From: Anthoceros angustus
Lineage: Eukaryota > Plantae > Anthocerotophyta
DNA: 64,000 bases
Assembly (NCBI GenBank): GCA_010909165.1
Contig: MU008154.1
Span: 1,167,478-1,231,477, forward strand
Reading direction: 5' to 3'
Below the pieces are notes generated by a model that saw only the letters and a list, made by a program, of their open reading frames with translations, did no database searches and was not told the DNA's origin. Positions 1 to 21,099 of the stretch are shown here, one piece after another. The position numbers and the translations under genes are program-made. Every line of letters begins with the position of its first letter. Positions within the stretch are counted from its first letter, which is position 1.

Positions 1-550
1 CGTGCTCCGGCCCGAGGAGCAGTCTGAGCACCCGGCAAACGGGCGAGCACATCCCAAGGCGGCCTTGGAGCCTGCGCCCGAGTTTCATCATGGCGACCAC
101 TCGATCATCGTTGATTGCTGATGCGACCATGAGTGGCGCCGTAACGCCTGGAGGTCGTGGACAAGGTGCGACCTTAGGTTGCTGCTGCCCGAGGTGGAGG
201 GCATGTTGGAGAGGATGCCCCAAGTGCCCCTAACATGCAGTGCACGCGTGGGCAGTGCAGTGCGCTCATGGATATCATGAACGAGCCTTGACAGGCTGCA
301 ATGGTGAAGGGCTGCGAGACCACCTCCCCTCCTCGTGCCCACCTCTCCCTTTCCCCGCACCTTTCCATTTCATGCGGGGATGCCTGCTCCACCTCCACCT
401 CCAATTCCACAATAGCGCGGTAGCGCTCATACTGCCTTGGCCGTGCAGTGCCTCTTCCTGTGTGCTCCTCCCTCAGTGCGCGAGGCGCTCCAGGCGGAGG
501 GCCTGGGGGCACAAGAGGATGGAGGCCCCGCTCACGACTCTTTCCAGAGT

Positions 551-714
551 GAGCGGAGAAGGTTGTAGGATTTTTGGTAGGTAGGTGTTTTGAGCGGAGA
601 AGGTTGTAGGATTTTTGGTAGGTAGGTGTTTTGAGCGGAGAAGGTTGTAGGATTTTTGGTAGGTAGGTGTTTTGAGCGGAGAAGGTTGTAGGATTTTTGG
701 TAGGTAGGTGTTTT
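551..714. repeat. 41-bp minisatellite, 4 identical copies (GAGCGGAGAAGGTTGTAGGATTTTTGGTAGGTAGGTGTTTT)
   Basis: Unit starts at 551, 592, 633 and 674; explains the repetitive overlapping ORFs at 174-821. Confidence 0.95.
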
Positions 715-1420
715 GCGAACTTGAACATGTGCTTTTTGTGGCTGCAATTGTGCAAGCTTGAGTGATTGCGCACAAGTGTTGGCTTTTCGGTTTGTTTTGT
801 TGCTTCAAGGTTGTGTTCCACGGCCAGTTCTAGAGATTCCAGATCCTAATGACACAAGTAGACTGTAATCAGTGTCAAGGCACATCATTGTGACCTGCTA
901 AATTTTGCAGAATCTATCCTTTCCAAGTAGGCGTTGAATCTTTGCATCACAAGAGGGGTTCCTTCCTTTGCCGAGCCATGAGGGGATCGGGAAATCCTTA
1001 TCATGTTGCCTGAAAAGCAAGACCCTTGCACAATGTGAGTCCGGCGCCACGCACAAAAGCGAGAAACAAAGGTGCAGCTAGAAACAACCATTTGCATGAA
1101 TACCGGTGTCACTTGAAGATGTGTGTGTGCGTCGAATTTCCTTCATTTGCCGAGGTTGTATGAGCATCCCATTTGCGAAATCCTTCTCAATTTGCCTGCA
1201 AAGCAAGGCACTTGCATTCAGTCAGTACTGGCTGCCTGACTCAACAAAAAACGTGAAGCAAAGGTGCAACACGCTACACGCCTGTCCATCACCTAATATG
1301 CTAAGTGCAGAAAAAGCGTTAGAGTTCGTCCTCACATGTCCCGTCTCCTAAGACACGCCGGGTCGCTCACTCTGCGCAGGCACAGATGCAGCATGAGGAA
1401 GAGGGTGTTGGATGTCTGGC

Positions 1421-1848
1421 CCAGCAGCCGTGACAGCAGCCGTGGATGCCAGATGCAAATTACGATCATCTTGTGGTCTGAAGCTGTCCCATACATCCAA
1501 CTGCAAGCACAACACAAGCATGTTAGTACTGAACCACACCGAAACGTAGGGACTGCTCCCACATCCTCTCCTTCCTGCATATATAGTGAAAGCAACATGT
1601 GTAAGCGGAGGATTTGCAGTCAGTTTCTCGGCCCACCCAGCAGCCGTGACAGCAGCCGTGGATGCCAGATGCAAGTTACGATCGTCTTCTGGTCTGAAGG
1701 TGTCCCATACATCCAACTACAAGCATAACACAAGCATGTTAGTACTCAAGCACACCGAAACGTAGGGACTACTCCCACATCCTGTCCTTCCTGCATATAT
1801 AGTGAAAGCAACATGTGTAAGCGGAGGATTTGCAGTCAGTTTCTCGGC
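1421..1848. repeat. 216-bp tandem duplication (2 slightly diverged copies)
   Basis: CCAGCAGCCGTGACAGCAGCC...CAGTTTCTCGGC at 1421-1632 and 1637-1848, with scattered substitutions. Confidence 0.9.
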
Positions 1849-2299
1849 GAACGCGGGCCATACCTGCGAACAAAAGTTCCTGTGTGTATGTGTTGCCCGC
1901 CATGTTTGTGTGTAGACCCGATGGAAACCCTAACACCGTCATCAAAAAAAAAAGATCTGTATGACACCATCGGAACACCAGGCCGATGAACGTGTGATAG
2001 AATGTTTTTTCCCCGCGTACGAACCCCGTGAAGCTGATGTGGCACGTATTATACGTGTATTATACGTGAGTATCAAAAAGATTCCGTGGCATATCCTCGT
2101 AGCGTACACCGAAAAAAAAGAAAGTCACACACACACTCCCGTGTGACCAGATCGGTATTCCATACGAGATCGGTATTCCATAGACCAGATCGTCGGTATT
2201 CTATACTTATGAGGCTACACTCCACATTTATTCGGGCAAATTTATGTAGCTGGACTCCATTGACATCTATACGAGGAAACGGTTACAACATTATACATG

Positions 2300-2820
2300 G
2301 CAGACCGTTTCGGTACCAATAGCTCTTGCGGTCCCCGGCAGAAGGAAGCCTTGCTTGCTTAACACCTGGTCGAAGGCCGCTTCATGAAATCTGGAAAGTG
2401 CATTCTCGCCCGACATGCGTATTCCTGCAGATCTTGCTGCCGCAGCGACCTGCGCGATCAGCTTCTCGGGGGTGCTCTGCATCCTTCATTTCAATGTACG
2501 TGAAGTTCAGAATGGCTCCAAATTTTGCAAAGAGGGAAGCGATTGGAAGGTAGCCTTCCCTGGTTTCACTGTTGTAGTAACCAGCAGTCACTTCTGCTGC
2601 GTGGGAGGCCCCAGACGTCTTTTCCGACACTGCTTGCTCGAGTATTCAGGCTTTCCAGCATATACTGCACAGAAATGGTAGAGCAGTGATGTAAACGCGT
2701 GATTCAAAGCTGCGACAGTTACAAGCAACTGACAAACTTCGGCATACACTGACCTTGTTGTCCAAGATACCAGAAGCTCCCACTCCAACTCACTACGATG
2801 ACATCGCCAATCAGCTCTCA
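2300..2820 (-). pseudogene. Beta-amylase pseudogene fragment (internally deleted genomic copy of the 5429-7408 gene)
   Basis: Encodes [23 protein letters not shown] and SGENALSRF pieces. Retains intron sequence matching about 6186-6245 and 6446-6478. Has several internal deletions and a frameshift. Confidence 0.9.
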
Positions 2821-3331
2821 CTGGTATGAGCGTTAAATGCACTCACTCATATGTTAGGGATGCTGCTCTTACCCGCGCAGGGCCGTATTCTCAGGGCCCG
2901 GTGGAGACTGCTCCTGAGACAGGGCTGATCAATTCGAGCTCTGTCGCTGTTACCGGTTCTGAGAGATTTGCCTCAGGAGCCTGTGGCCCAGAAATTTGTG
3001 GAGCCTGCAAGGAAATTTGGTAGAGGAACCTGTGGCACACAGCACAAAGTGAGGATGTAGTGGGCATCTTGTAGAGCAGGAGATCTGCTGTGAATACTGT
3101 TTAGGAGCGGGTTTTACCGCCAGTAGCGTAGTCGCGGGTAGGTAGCTAGCAATTTTGTATATCCATTCTTTCGCACTGATGGTTGTAATATTTACATTGG
3201 CAGTCTCGGTGGAGATGGGAGTGAGCGCATTGCCTGTTCCAGAAGCAAAATATGTTCAGAGTCTAGTCGAAGATGATAATTAACTGCTGTGTTCCATCTC
3301 GACAGTTGCAGGTATACACGAGCTTGCTGCT

Positions 3332-5080
3332 TTAGGTTGAGCCCGTGAGATAGTTGTCACAGGTGTGTGAAGAATCTACCCACTCCTTTCCACATAGATA
3401 GCAAAAATCAGCACCACACCTGGATCAGATTTTTGGGTTAGATTCCACTCGAGACAATAGCAACCTACAGTAAACGCCGAGGATACGTGGTGTGCGTCTT
3501 ACCTGCAACTCATGTGGAAACAACCATCAACGCGCTCTACCATGCGCTGGCACTTGAAGCAGCGTTGCCACTTTCTCTGGTTGGCAAGAATGTCCAACCT
3601 CATATCCTCCATGGTCGTCTCTCCTGATGCCAAATCTCGAAATTCCTGGCAAGTCAGGTCTGCATGCCAGGGGACCTGATTCAGAAATGCAAAAGGGTCA
3701 GAGGACGATCAGTTCAACAATAAATACTCCAGCGGGAATACATTGTGTAACAGACCTACCTGACACTCAAGGCAAAAGAGTCTGTGACAGGTGGAACATT
3801 CAACAGCTCCAATAGATGTACTGTGAGGATGAGACGAAGTGCATGACATGGTGGAAGAATCAAACACTGGTTTGAGACACAAGGCGGAACAGTCCTTAAA
3901 AGGGCAGTAGCTTCGCTCCTCTCCTGGAATGGCTTCTTCAACTTGCCGGAGACAGAAGACTTGGAATGAACCTGCATCGAGCAGGTGGCTGCACTCATAA
4001 CTGGTCAGAGCCTCCCGGCACTTGGGCTCGGGACACGAAATCGTCACTACGCCCGACTTTGCTTGTGCCTCGGCATACTGGTGGAGACAGTCAGTGCAGA
4101 AGTCGTGTCCACATCTGTGGAGCTTGAGAAATGTGTCTGGGCGGACTACTTTGAACTCCAAACAGATGCTGCAACGTTCCATATCCTCGATAAGGCAGCT
4201 TGGACTGGGAACCTCTGAAGCCATATACATGTACAACAGTTAGTAGTGCATTGCAGCACATAAAAGACATACATGCTCGCATCATTCCACATTTACCTGC
4301 AGCACGGGGCGCCTGCTCCTCCAACTTAAGTTCAGCAGGCCAGAATGAAGGGCCTGCAACGTATCTGTGATCCTCAAAGAAAACCTTAGACAGCACCATG
4401 GGCTCCCACACGGAGTTCGCAACGACGAATTCCGTCCCTCGCCTTCTACGCTGGCTCCGAACGAAATCCTCCCCAGCATCTTGCAGATGCTCAGCGAAAC
4501 GCCGTTTCAAGCGTTCCGTCAAACTCCCCGTATCCCCATTGCCTAAATACGGGTCCGACAGTTCCTCCCCCGCTCTGGCCCACTCCTGCTCGGGGACAGA
4601 CGCCAGCCTCCGGGCGAACTCAGCGTCGTGCTCAACAATTTCGTCGATTTCCAAGAACCGTGACTGCTCTTGAGCGGCAAAGCTGCTGTCATCCAATTCC
4701 TGGTTAAGCGTCTCCACCTCGCGCGTCTGCTCCAGGAGAACAACGTGCCTGTCTGCAGGCGCATCCCGGCTCCTCCGCAGCATTCAATTTGGGATACAAA
4801 CCAAGAAAAGCGATTGCAAACTGGAGGCAGAACAGGAAGGCTGCTCCTTTTTCTTTTTCTTACCCTCCGAGAGCAGTCCAGGCTGCGCGCTATCTTCACT
4901 GGCCGCGAGCATCAACGGGCCCGTCCCGCAATACATGGCCGAGATCCTCACCGCCTCTTCCAGCTGCAGGAGGTAGGCAAACTCCAAATCCGAGACTTCC
5001 TGCAGGACACGAGACATTTCCTTTGCTTGCAATTTCATCAGCTCTAAATCGTCGTCTCCATTACGCTCCATGATCGCCAT
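3332..5080 (-). CDS. RBR (RING-IBR-RING) E3 ubiquitin ligase, RSL1/RFA-like; multi-exon
   Basis: N-terminal DLEFAYLLQLEEA; RING1 CSICLE...CGHDFCTDC...CPEPKC; IBR YCPFKDCS...CSTCHRLFCLEC|VPWHADLTC; RING2 WQRCFKC...GCFHMSCR|CGADFCYLCG. Stop TAA at 3332-3334. Confidence 0.88.
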
Positions 5081-5428
5081 CCCCCCTCCAAGCACCAATC
5101 TCGAGCGTAAATTTCAGCTGGCCGGATGTGAGTCCCCGCCTCGTGATCTCTCTTTCATTCCCGTCTGACAAACGATAACATACAAGTTAGGGCCACCTCC
5201 CACCGGCTCACAACGTCTCAACGTCTCATGTTTATGGTAAAGTTCTGTTTAACGCCATCTTTTTGATGCTGTGCGCTTGTGACTTCTCTATCTTGGACTT
5301 CGAGCTCCTTGGGCAACGACAAATCAATTCCTACAGTTTGGATTTCTCATCTTCAGGATCATGTTTTGTTTATCTACAAACACCGGATTCCCCTACTTCT
5401 AGTAGTTCATCAGGCCAAGCTCAATACA

Positions 5429-7408
<1,980 letters not shown>

Positions 7409-7838
7409 CACACGGACGTGGTCTCGAACATATGCTACACGCGCGTATAATTCACATGCCGCACGGGGCTTGCAGAAGCCGGGTTGCTTCGGCTTTCCAG
7501 GCCCACCAGAAGGAAGATGGCGCTGCTTCTTGGGAGGAGAATATGCCCGTGAGATCAGCATTCAGGGAGAGGCAGTGCCGTCTCGGATTTAGCAAGAACC
7601 ATGGACGCCAATGGAGCTGTACATTACCGGCATAGGAGGCGGTGCCTAAGCCAGTGTCATGTCAAGCAAGCAGTGCATACGGCTGCTTGGAATAGTCAGT
7701 GGGAAATGCTACCCTAATCACAAAGAATGGTGGCGTCAAAATCGTTTGCTTGGCCGTTGCTGGCCAGCGTTTCCGCACACTCCCCCGCTACATCTCCTAA
7801 CTAGTGATACAAGGCGGGAGTGCGTGATCTTCAGCTTC

Positions 7839-13606
<5,768 letters not shown>

Positions 13607-14225
13607 GCCTACCTCAATTCCTCGCAATTCAGCTTTGCCCTTTGCCTTTGCTTTGCTCGACCAGGTCGCTATATGTATACACTAAGACACTCTGCACATG
13701 GCACACGTAGCAACCCGAGAGACCTTAAACCCTAAGATAGGCGCCTCGATTCCCCGTGCATTTATGGAAGCTGTATGCTGTCTCCACGGTGCTAAATCAA
13801 AGAATTCATGAGACGTCATTTGCAGGTCGTCGATTTTGGACGTGAAGGGGAGTGTGGCCGTTGCCACTTTTGAACCCTTCTGTTTACAGTAGCTTCCCGC
13901 GCTTCGCCAGCCACACACTTCTTTGAAAGCTTGGATGCTTTCTCGTGCGCTCCGGCTTCATGCATTGGAATGCTCTGCTGCCTGCATTCATTTTGGTCGG
14001 AGTCGGAGGTACCAGCTCTGTCTTTGGCTTGCCTCTTTTCTGCGTGTGTAGCATTTGCGAGATCATCCTGCTTAGTGACTGATTATCGGTGCAACGGCTG
14101 GCGCGGGACAGTTTCTCGGAAGCTCCAGGCTTCTTGTTGGTGATGGTGGACAGGTTGTTGCTGTAAAGGTGTAACTGATATCGTGGACGGAGTGCAGCAG
14201 ATTCGAGCTTTCTTTGGAGGCAGGG

Positions 14226-15248
14226 ATGATAGGAGGAGCTGCAGGCGGGGCCGGGAGGGAGCTTGGATCGCCGCCAGGGGATGGGATTTCCAATCTGAGA
14301 TTCTCCAATCACAGTGATCATCTTCTGGTGTCCTCGTGGGATCGGAAGGTGCGGCTGTATGATGCCAGTGCGAATTTGCTCAAAGGTCAGTTTGAGCAGG
14401 CAGGTCCCGTGTTGGACTGCTGCTTTCACGATGATACCTCCGGGTTTAGTGCTGGCACGGACCGCACCGTGAGACGGCTTGATTTCAATGTCGGCAAGGA
14501 TGAGCGTCTGGGATTGCATGATGCGCCGGTGCGGTGTGTGGAGTACTCGCATGCAACAGGGCAAGTGGTAAGTGGGAGCTGGGACAAGACTCTCAAGTGC
14601 TGGGATCCTAGGGCAGCGAGTGCGGTGGAGAAGAGCCTGGTTGGGACGTACCCGGTGCCGGAGAGAGTGTATTCTATGTCTTTGTTCGGAAACAGGCTGG
14701 TCGTGGCCACAGCTGCCAGGCATATCAACGTCTATGATCTCCGGAACATGTCAGAGCCGGAGCAGCAAAGGGAGTCTTCTTTGAAGTACCAAACCAGGTG
14801 CGTGCGGTGCTACCCCAATGGAACTGGGTATGCCCTAAGTTCGGTTGAAGGAAGGGTGGCGATGGAGTTCTTTGATCTGTCTGACTCAGGGCAGTCCAAG
14901 AAGTACGCGTTCAAATGCCACCGCAAATCTGAAGCCGGTCGAGACATGGTGTATCCCGTGAATGCCATCGCGTTTCATCCTATTTATGGAACTTTTGCGA
15001 CCGGAGGCTGTGATGGATTTGTCAACGTTTGGGATGGCAACAACAAGAAACGGCTCTACCAGTACCCTCGATACCCGTCCAGCATTGCTGCTCTTTCGTT
15101 CAGCAGGGATGGGCGTTTGCTGGCAATTGCCTCCAGCTACACTTTTGAGGATGGCGAGAAGGCACATGAACCAGATTCCATATTTGTAAGGAGTGTGAAC
15201 GAGGCTGAAGTGAAACCAAAGCCAAAAGCGTATGTTGCACCTCCTTAG
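14226..15248 (+). CDS. BUB3: Mitotic checkpoint WD40 protein BUB3, single coding exon
   Basis: Uninterrupted ORF with [49 protein letters not shown] and C-terminal EVKPK. Confidence 0.96.
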   Translation: MIGGAAGGAGRELGSPPGDGISNLRFSNHSDHLLVSSWDRKVRLYDASANLLKGQFEQAGPVLDCCFHDDTSGFSAGTDRTVRRLDFNVGKDERLGLHDAPVRCVEYSHATGQVVSGSWDKTLKCWDPRAASAVEKSLVGTYPVPERVYSMSLFGNRLVVATAARHINVYDLRNMSEPEQQRESSLKYQTRCVRCYPNGTGYALSSVEGRVAMEFFDLSDSGQSKKYAFKCHRKSEAGRDMVYPVNAIAFHPIYGTFATGGCDGFVNVWDGNNKKRLYQYPRYPSSIAALSFSRDGRLLAIASSYTFEDGEKAHEPDSIFVRSVNEAEVKPKPKAYVAPP

Positions 15249-16261
15249 CGTGTTTGATAATCCAGCTCACAAGCTTACAGCCTAGAGATTTCTGCTTTTC
15301 TGGTGTCGACACAAGACAGGAGCCAGGCCGAATCACGATGTAAAGCATGTGTTGCGTTTTGGACGAGCATTCCTTTCTCATTGTTGGAGATGCAGTCTGT
15401 TGGAATTTCCCTCAGCCTGTAGATTTTCCTGATGGTGGCCAGAAGTCTTGCTTTTCTTGTTCTCTCTCATGGCAGTCGTTGCACAGCCATCCTACTTCTT
15501 CTTGAAGGTACTAGAATGGGCCCTTGGTTTATTTCTTCGGCCAGACTTAAAAGCTTCTGGAGTTAGTGGGTTACAACAGATAGAATATCCAATCATGACT
15601 GCAGTTAGCAGTGGCAGCAGTAGCCTGGATAAGTCAGAAAGGAGCAGATCAGTTTTTTCTCTCATCGGATTTCAGGGTGTTCGTTTCAACCATGGTATCT
15701 AGTTACTTACCTAGTCCTATGCCACTTGTCGGTGCCGATAGGCAGGGTCCTATTTCATGGATGTCAACAAGGGCAAGCTCGTTCGTAGTTAGGTAGATAA
15801 ATCTTTCTACTCATCATTTAAACTAATAAAAAATATTATATATAAAGAAATGACCCGTTCTCGGTGCTCACCACCACCCGGTGTTCCCCGTCTCTACACC
15901 ATGCCAAGCCCTCGTATCTCAACTGCGAAGAGCGTAGGCGGGGTGAGCAACTAGAGTGCCATTCCTCAATGGCTTGGGCTGCTCGGCGATGTCCTCTTGA
16001 GCTAGCACCCCACCTCGGCATTGTGCCAGAAATCAATAGAAAAGCAGTTTATACTCTGATATCATGTGTAAGTTGCGAAAGCAAGAACGTTCGCCAAAAT
16101 TGTGTAAGTCGTACATTAAACAGTATGTTGTGTACAGAGTATGTTCAAGTGACTATATCCTAAACGATGTGACCACTAAGTAATTGGCTGTCTATTAAGC
16201 TCTTGACCCTCAGCAAGTCAGCGAGCACAAAAACCCTTCACCTCCAACAAAGACTAGGAAT

Positions 16262-17454
16262 AGCATCTTTGTAGAAAGGGGTTTCTCCTGTCAAAAGGGG
16301 TTTTGGAAAAAATCCCAACCCATTTCGCCGGAAACTGAAGTTGGTTTGGTTTTTGTTGGTTTTTGTAGGTGTTCATCCACCGGTTTTGGGCATTCTCGGC
16401 TCCAGCACCACTTCCTGTCGAGTCATTTACACTGCTAAGGCCAGCACACCCTCAGCACTAGAGGCAGGGGCCCAGGTGCGCGCACCATGGGGCAAGGAGG
16501 CCGAGGTGCATGCACAAGTGCACGCACCCAAGGTCAAGAAGGGCCTAGGAGCATGAACCCATATGGTTCATGCCTTCTAGTGCATTCCCAGACGGTTCAT
16601 CCAAAGAAAAAAAGAGCAAAAAGTCTAAAAAACCCCCCCAAAAGTCCCCAAAAATTCCAATTTTTTAAGGCAAGCACACTTGCCCTAAAATTTTGATATT
16701 TTTGTGAATTTTTTTGTTTTTTTAACATTTTATTGTTTTAAAGGTTTCCTTTCGACATTTTCAACCTTTTTTGTGCACCTCCCTAATGTGGATATGTTCT
16801 TATCTTTACTTAGCGCTCGTCTTTTTTCTAGTGGTTAAAACTTTGAACTAGCAGTGAGAACCTTTTGCATCTTTTGAATCTTGAGACGTTTGGTGTGGGC
16901 CCAACTCCAAGTGCAGACCATGCCACTCTCATTCTCGCACGGCACGCGGATCAAGAGGATCAGGTGAACGAAGATATTATTGTCCCAATGTCTAAGAAAT
17001 AAAGTCCTGTAAAATTCCCAGAGCGAGAGTATAGTCTTAGGATTGACTGGTATGAACGAAAGGTTGGTGCGCAAACTTGTTTGCGCACCAGAATTACAGC
17101 AAGCCCTAAAAACTCTAAACATTTATATGCGTCCAACACTTGGCAATGATTGCTAGGTGTTGGAGACTGTTTAGATGTAAGTGCGCGCGTAAGTTTGCGC
17201 ACGAATTATGTGTCTAGTTTGAAAGAAAAAGCCGAACGAGAATGGGACTTTAGGTTTTTGCCACGTACTTGCAATTTACAATCTCAAATAACGTGTATCA
17301 AAACAATTATTCAAAAGGTTGCGGGTGACATGTCTGCAGAGAAATACCAAAAAGGCTGATTATAGTGCGGATTTTTTCAAGTGCAAAAAGAAGTCCGGCC
17401 ACGTCCGTATGCAAAAAGGGGGTTTCAAGAGAAACCCCTTTCTACACAGACACG
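16262..17454 (-). mobile_element. Non-autonomous ~1.2-kb TIR element (MITE-like derivative of the 20654-31717 transposon family, opposite orientation)
   Basis: Perfect 18-bp inverted repeat TGTAGAAAGGGGTTTCTC at 16270-16287 and 17429-17446. Its left ~160 bp resembles the reverse complement of 31575-31717 and its right ~290 bp resembles the reverse complement of 20654-20920. No coding capacity seen. Confidence 0.82.
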
Positions 17455-18076
17455 ATTTAGGGAAATGACATCTTTGTTGCGTTAGAGATACGGTATATGT
17501 AAGAAAAACGAACTATATGGATCATGGAGGAGACAGATGCATACTTCAAAGTTGGTAAACTGGTTGGTTCACTAATCAATCGATCCCATAAATGAGAAGC
17601 CCTTACAGTCCAATCAGGCGGTACGCGATTAGGCCCCTTTTTACCACAACGCAGCTAATATTTGGAATCAAGTTCGAACAATTTCAATCTGTCCACCCAT
17701 AAGGGAAGAGCTTGATACCTTAGTCACGGTGCTGGTACATCATACTGATGCATTTTATTGTGGAGTGGGTTTGTGATATAATTCTGGTCCCAAGAAAAAT
17801 ACAACGCGTGTGTCTTTCATCAAAGGTATGGACTCACAAATAGAGTGCGGCAAACTTGTAACAGGGTACATTGAACAGCGCATGTATACGTGGTATACAA
17901 ATCATGCCAGACGCATGTAAATAGAGTGCACCAGAATTACTACATTTGGCTCGAAAGTCAGCTCTTCCTCTGCGTCTGGCATGATTTGTATACCACGTAT
18001 ACATGCGCTGTTCAATGTACCCTGCGCACCTCAAATGGGCTTCAATTGCAATACAGTCAGCCTTGTGGCCAACAAG

Positions 18077-18236
18077 GGCGCCGGCCGGTCGGCGCCGTAG
18101 GTGCGAGGAGGCCGTGGTGGGCACCGGCCGCCCGGCCCCGTAGGTGCGCGGGGGCCGTGGTTGGCGCCGGCTAGCCTGCGCCCTAGGTGCGAGTGGGTCG
18201 TGGTGGGCACCGGCCGGCCGGCGCCTTAGGTGCGCC
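18077..18236. repeat. GC-rich 43-bp minisatellite, about 3.5 copies
   Basis: TAGGTGCG recurs at 18098, 18141, 18184 and 18227; the array is followed by an acceptor-like TTGTTTTAG ending at 18251. Confidence 0.8.
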
Positions 18237-18251
18237 GCTTCCTTGTTTTAG

Positions 18252-19731
18252 GCCATCTATAATGCAGGAGGCTGCATCATGCATATTCTTGGGCACTCAC
18301 GGATGGTTGGAGACAGGAAAGGCTCAAATGCAGTCTTATGTTATTTGCAGAGAAATACCGCGTTAAACGCCCATCGTGAGCGACTTCTTGCAAAACGAGC
18401 CAAGATGACTAAACATCGTCGTGAGAACAAGAACCAGCTACTATTTTCATATCTCAACATGCTAGTGGAAATGGGCACATTTAAAAAGGTGAAGGTACGC
18501 TTCCTTCTCGTTGGCCATACTCATGGTCAAATTGATTAAATGTTTTCATGCTTCTCGAAAAGCTTGAAACACAAAGAAGCGCACACCCTGCCCGCGTTGG
18601 CAGACATTCTCAAATATGCCTACACACCATCATTAGAGGTGAAAGTGCTGACGAAGGTCCCGGATTTCCGCACATATGTATGGCCGAAAAGGCGAGGAGA
18701 TAGTAGGCAGAAGTTTGTTGCAGCTGTCAAAAAACTGAACAATCTATTGTTCCAGCACCAGTTCAAAATTACTCGGGAGGAGAATCCCGAGCGCAGCCTC
18801 GTCATAGTCATGAGGAGCAAACAGTATTCAACATCCCTACTATAGGAAACAGAAGCTGGATTAGAGTTTCTAAATTTCGTCTCTACTAAGGGAATAACGG
18901 CTGCGCCTTTACTATCATTGTAGGCCCGGGACAAGAAGGGAACGGTAGAGACCCTAACACCGACGGAAGGTGTGACCCATTTGCAGGAAGGGTTACAAGG
19001 ATTGTGGCCATATGTGACAGCTAAAGAGTAGAAGTGGTGGGAATTCGGAGCCTTTTGGGTGGACCAAAAAGAGATTGCTGTCGTTGTGGAGAAAAACATC
19101 GGGCTAGTGTTGGAGCGTCCTTGGAAGTGATTTTCACATGCGGAAGTGGAGCATACAGCCCGACCACTTCAAGTGCCGGATGAAGCTTTGCTAGAAAAGG
19201 TATTATTGAGGGACCTCCCACAGCGTGATATGTATGTGGGGGCATATCAAAATGTCGGAAGGCAACAGAGGGAAATGGTGCTGATGAATGGGGACATAAC
19301 AGAAATCCAGAAGGGGATGTTTCTGGCAGTGTCGTGCACCACGGACACGCATAACAGACCATTCTGGATTGGGGAGGTCATTGACGCATAATTCGATGCA
19401 CCCCGACCTCACTTTCTTAGCCATTGGTATCGGACTGAGCACACAAATGCGTACGAAGGGAGATATGTACAAGAATACATAGTTTGTCGGAGTGGCAACC
19501 CATTTGATGTGATGGGGAGCAAAAAAGGGAACAAAGTCCATTACCCAAAAAACAAGGTACATTACCCGATTTGCGTATTCTGCAGATTCATACAGCTTGC
19601 GAGTCAAAGTGGCGCTGAAGATAATGATGACAATGCCGGAGAAGTTGGACCAAGTGATGACGAAGGATTGAACTCTAGGATGAGTGAAACTCAGATCACG
19701 GAGGGTCACGGGGTCCCAAAGTCAATGCTGT
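18252..19731 (+). pseudogene. Decayed Sola1-like DDD transposase, C-terminal half
   Basis: RENKNQLLFSYLNMLVEMG...FLLVGHTHGQID*MFSCFSKSL, HQFKI, and C-terminal RPFWIGEV; several in-frame stops. Confidence 0.8.
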
Positions 19732-21099
19732 AGGTTTATGGGTTAAATAACCCGCATTTGCTTATTAGTTGCAATCGATTGTATAAGGATTGTGCGAGGA
19801 TCGGCCGGCGCCTATTCATGGAAGAATGTAGAAGGGTAGGAGGCAGCATCACGAGAAGGGTAGGAGGCAGCACCATGGCACCCTCGCCTTTTGATGGTTG
19901 TAGCCCTGTTTATTCACCATGTTTCACTTGTTTAAGCTACCCATTAAACCACGTATACTTGCAGACGTTAACATGATTTGGAGATAACCTGTCCAGGGCT
20001 TTTGTTGTATCCTTACTGAACTACATTTTCCTTCCACAATCGAATTTACAGTGGTTCCTTCCCGGCAAAAACGGCCATCCTTACAAGTCCCACTTAGCAT
20101 TAATCACATAGGTTCGGGATTGCGACCACCGTTCAACAAAGACATTATTGGTTGAAAAGCACTATCATTGCCCGGTGACACCCTTTTGTTCGAAGGTGTT
20201 TTCCGGAAAAAAAACAAAAACGCTGTTTCGGGTCCCATCGAAAACCCTCTTCAGAGCTTACTAGTGGAAAATCCCATCGGGATTATTCACCCCCTTGAAA
20301 AATTATGGTGTTAAGGGGATAGTGATTAATTCCTGAAGGTGGTGCTCCAACGACTTCCCTGACGACGCCTTCAGAGAGCCTAAAGTGGGCGAACGGGTTA
20401 GCGCGAGTTCAGCTTTCTTCCGGCCTTATAAGCCCTACTAGAAATGCCTGCTTAGGTTATACTTTATGTTAAGATTTGGACCCCTGGATGTAACACTCAT
20501 GTTGCAATTTTGGGCTGTGTAACACTTTTTGGGCCCTTGTGATTCTAACTTGCAGACCTTGGCTGACAGGCGCACTTCTTTGGCTACCTGGTGTACATGG
20601 TGCTCGCGACCGGTGTGCAAGTCTCATGTCCGATGACCATAGCTACTATGAACAGCGTCTGTTCTGAAAGGGGTTTCTCCTGAAACCCCTTTGGGCACAC
20701 GAACGCTTCTAATTCTTCGCACACCGCCGGAACTAGCACCGAATCACCTTTTTGGTATTTCTCCACGACATGTCACCCGCAAACATTTCAATTATTGTTG
20801 CGATACACGATATGTCACATTGTGCATCGAATTACGAGGAAAACCATCCGAGACATTCACGATCAACTTTTCCTTCGACCGCTATTTGTGCACAAACATG
20901 CGCACTCACATTTAAACAGCCCAACAGTTGACAACGGTGTATGTTTCTAGCTAGTTTGGCGAATGTTGTCTTTCCGTCTCTGGACGACGATGTCATCGTT
21001 CTCTCGCGGTGTTGCGGATCGTAAATAGCAAGAGGAAGGTATGGCGTTTCTCCACCTTGGGATTCGCCAAAGCCAAACATCCTGTGATGTTGGTTGTCC

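Noticed and set aside
551-714. CRISPR-like array
   Set aside because: Units are contiguous with no unique spacers, the context is eukaryotic, and no cas genes are present.
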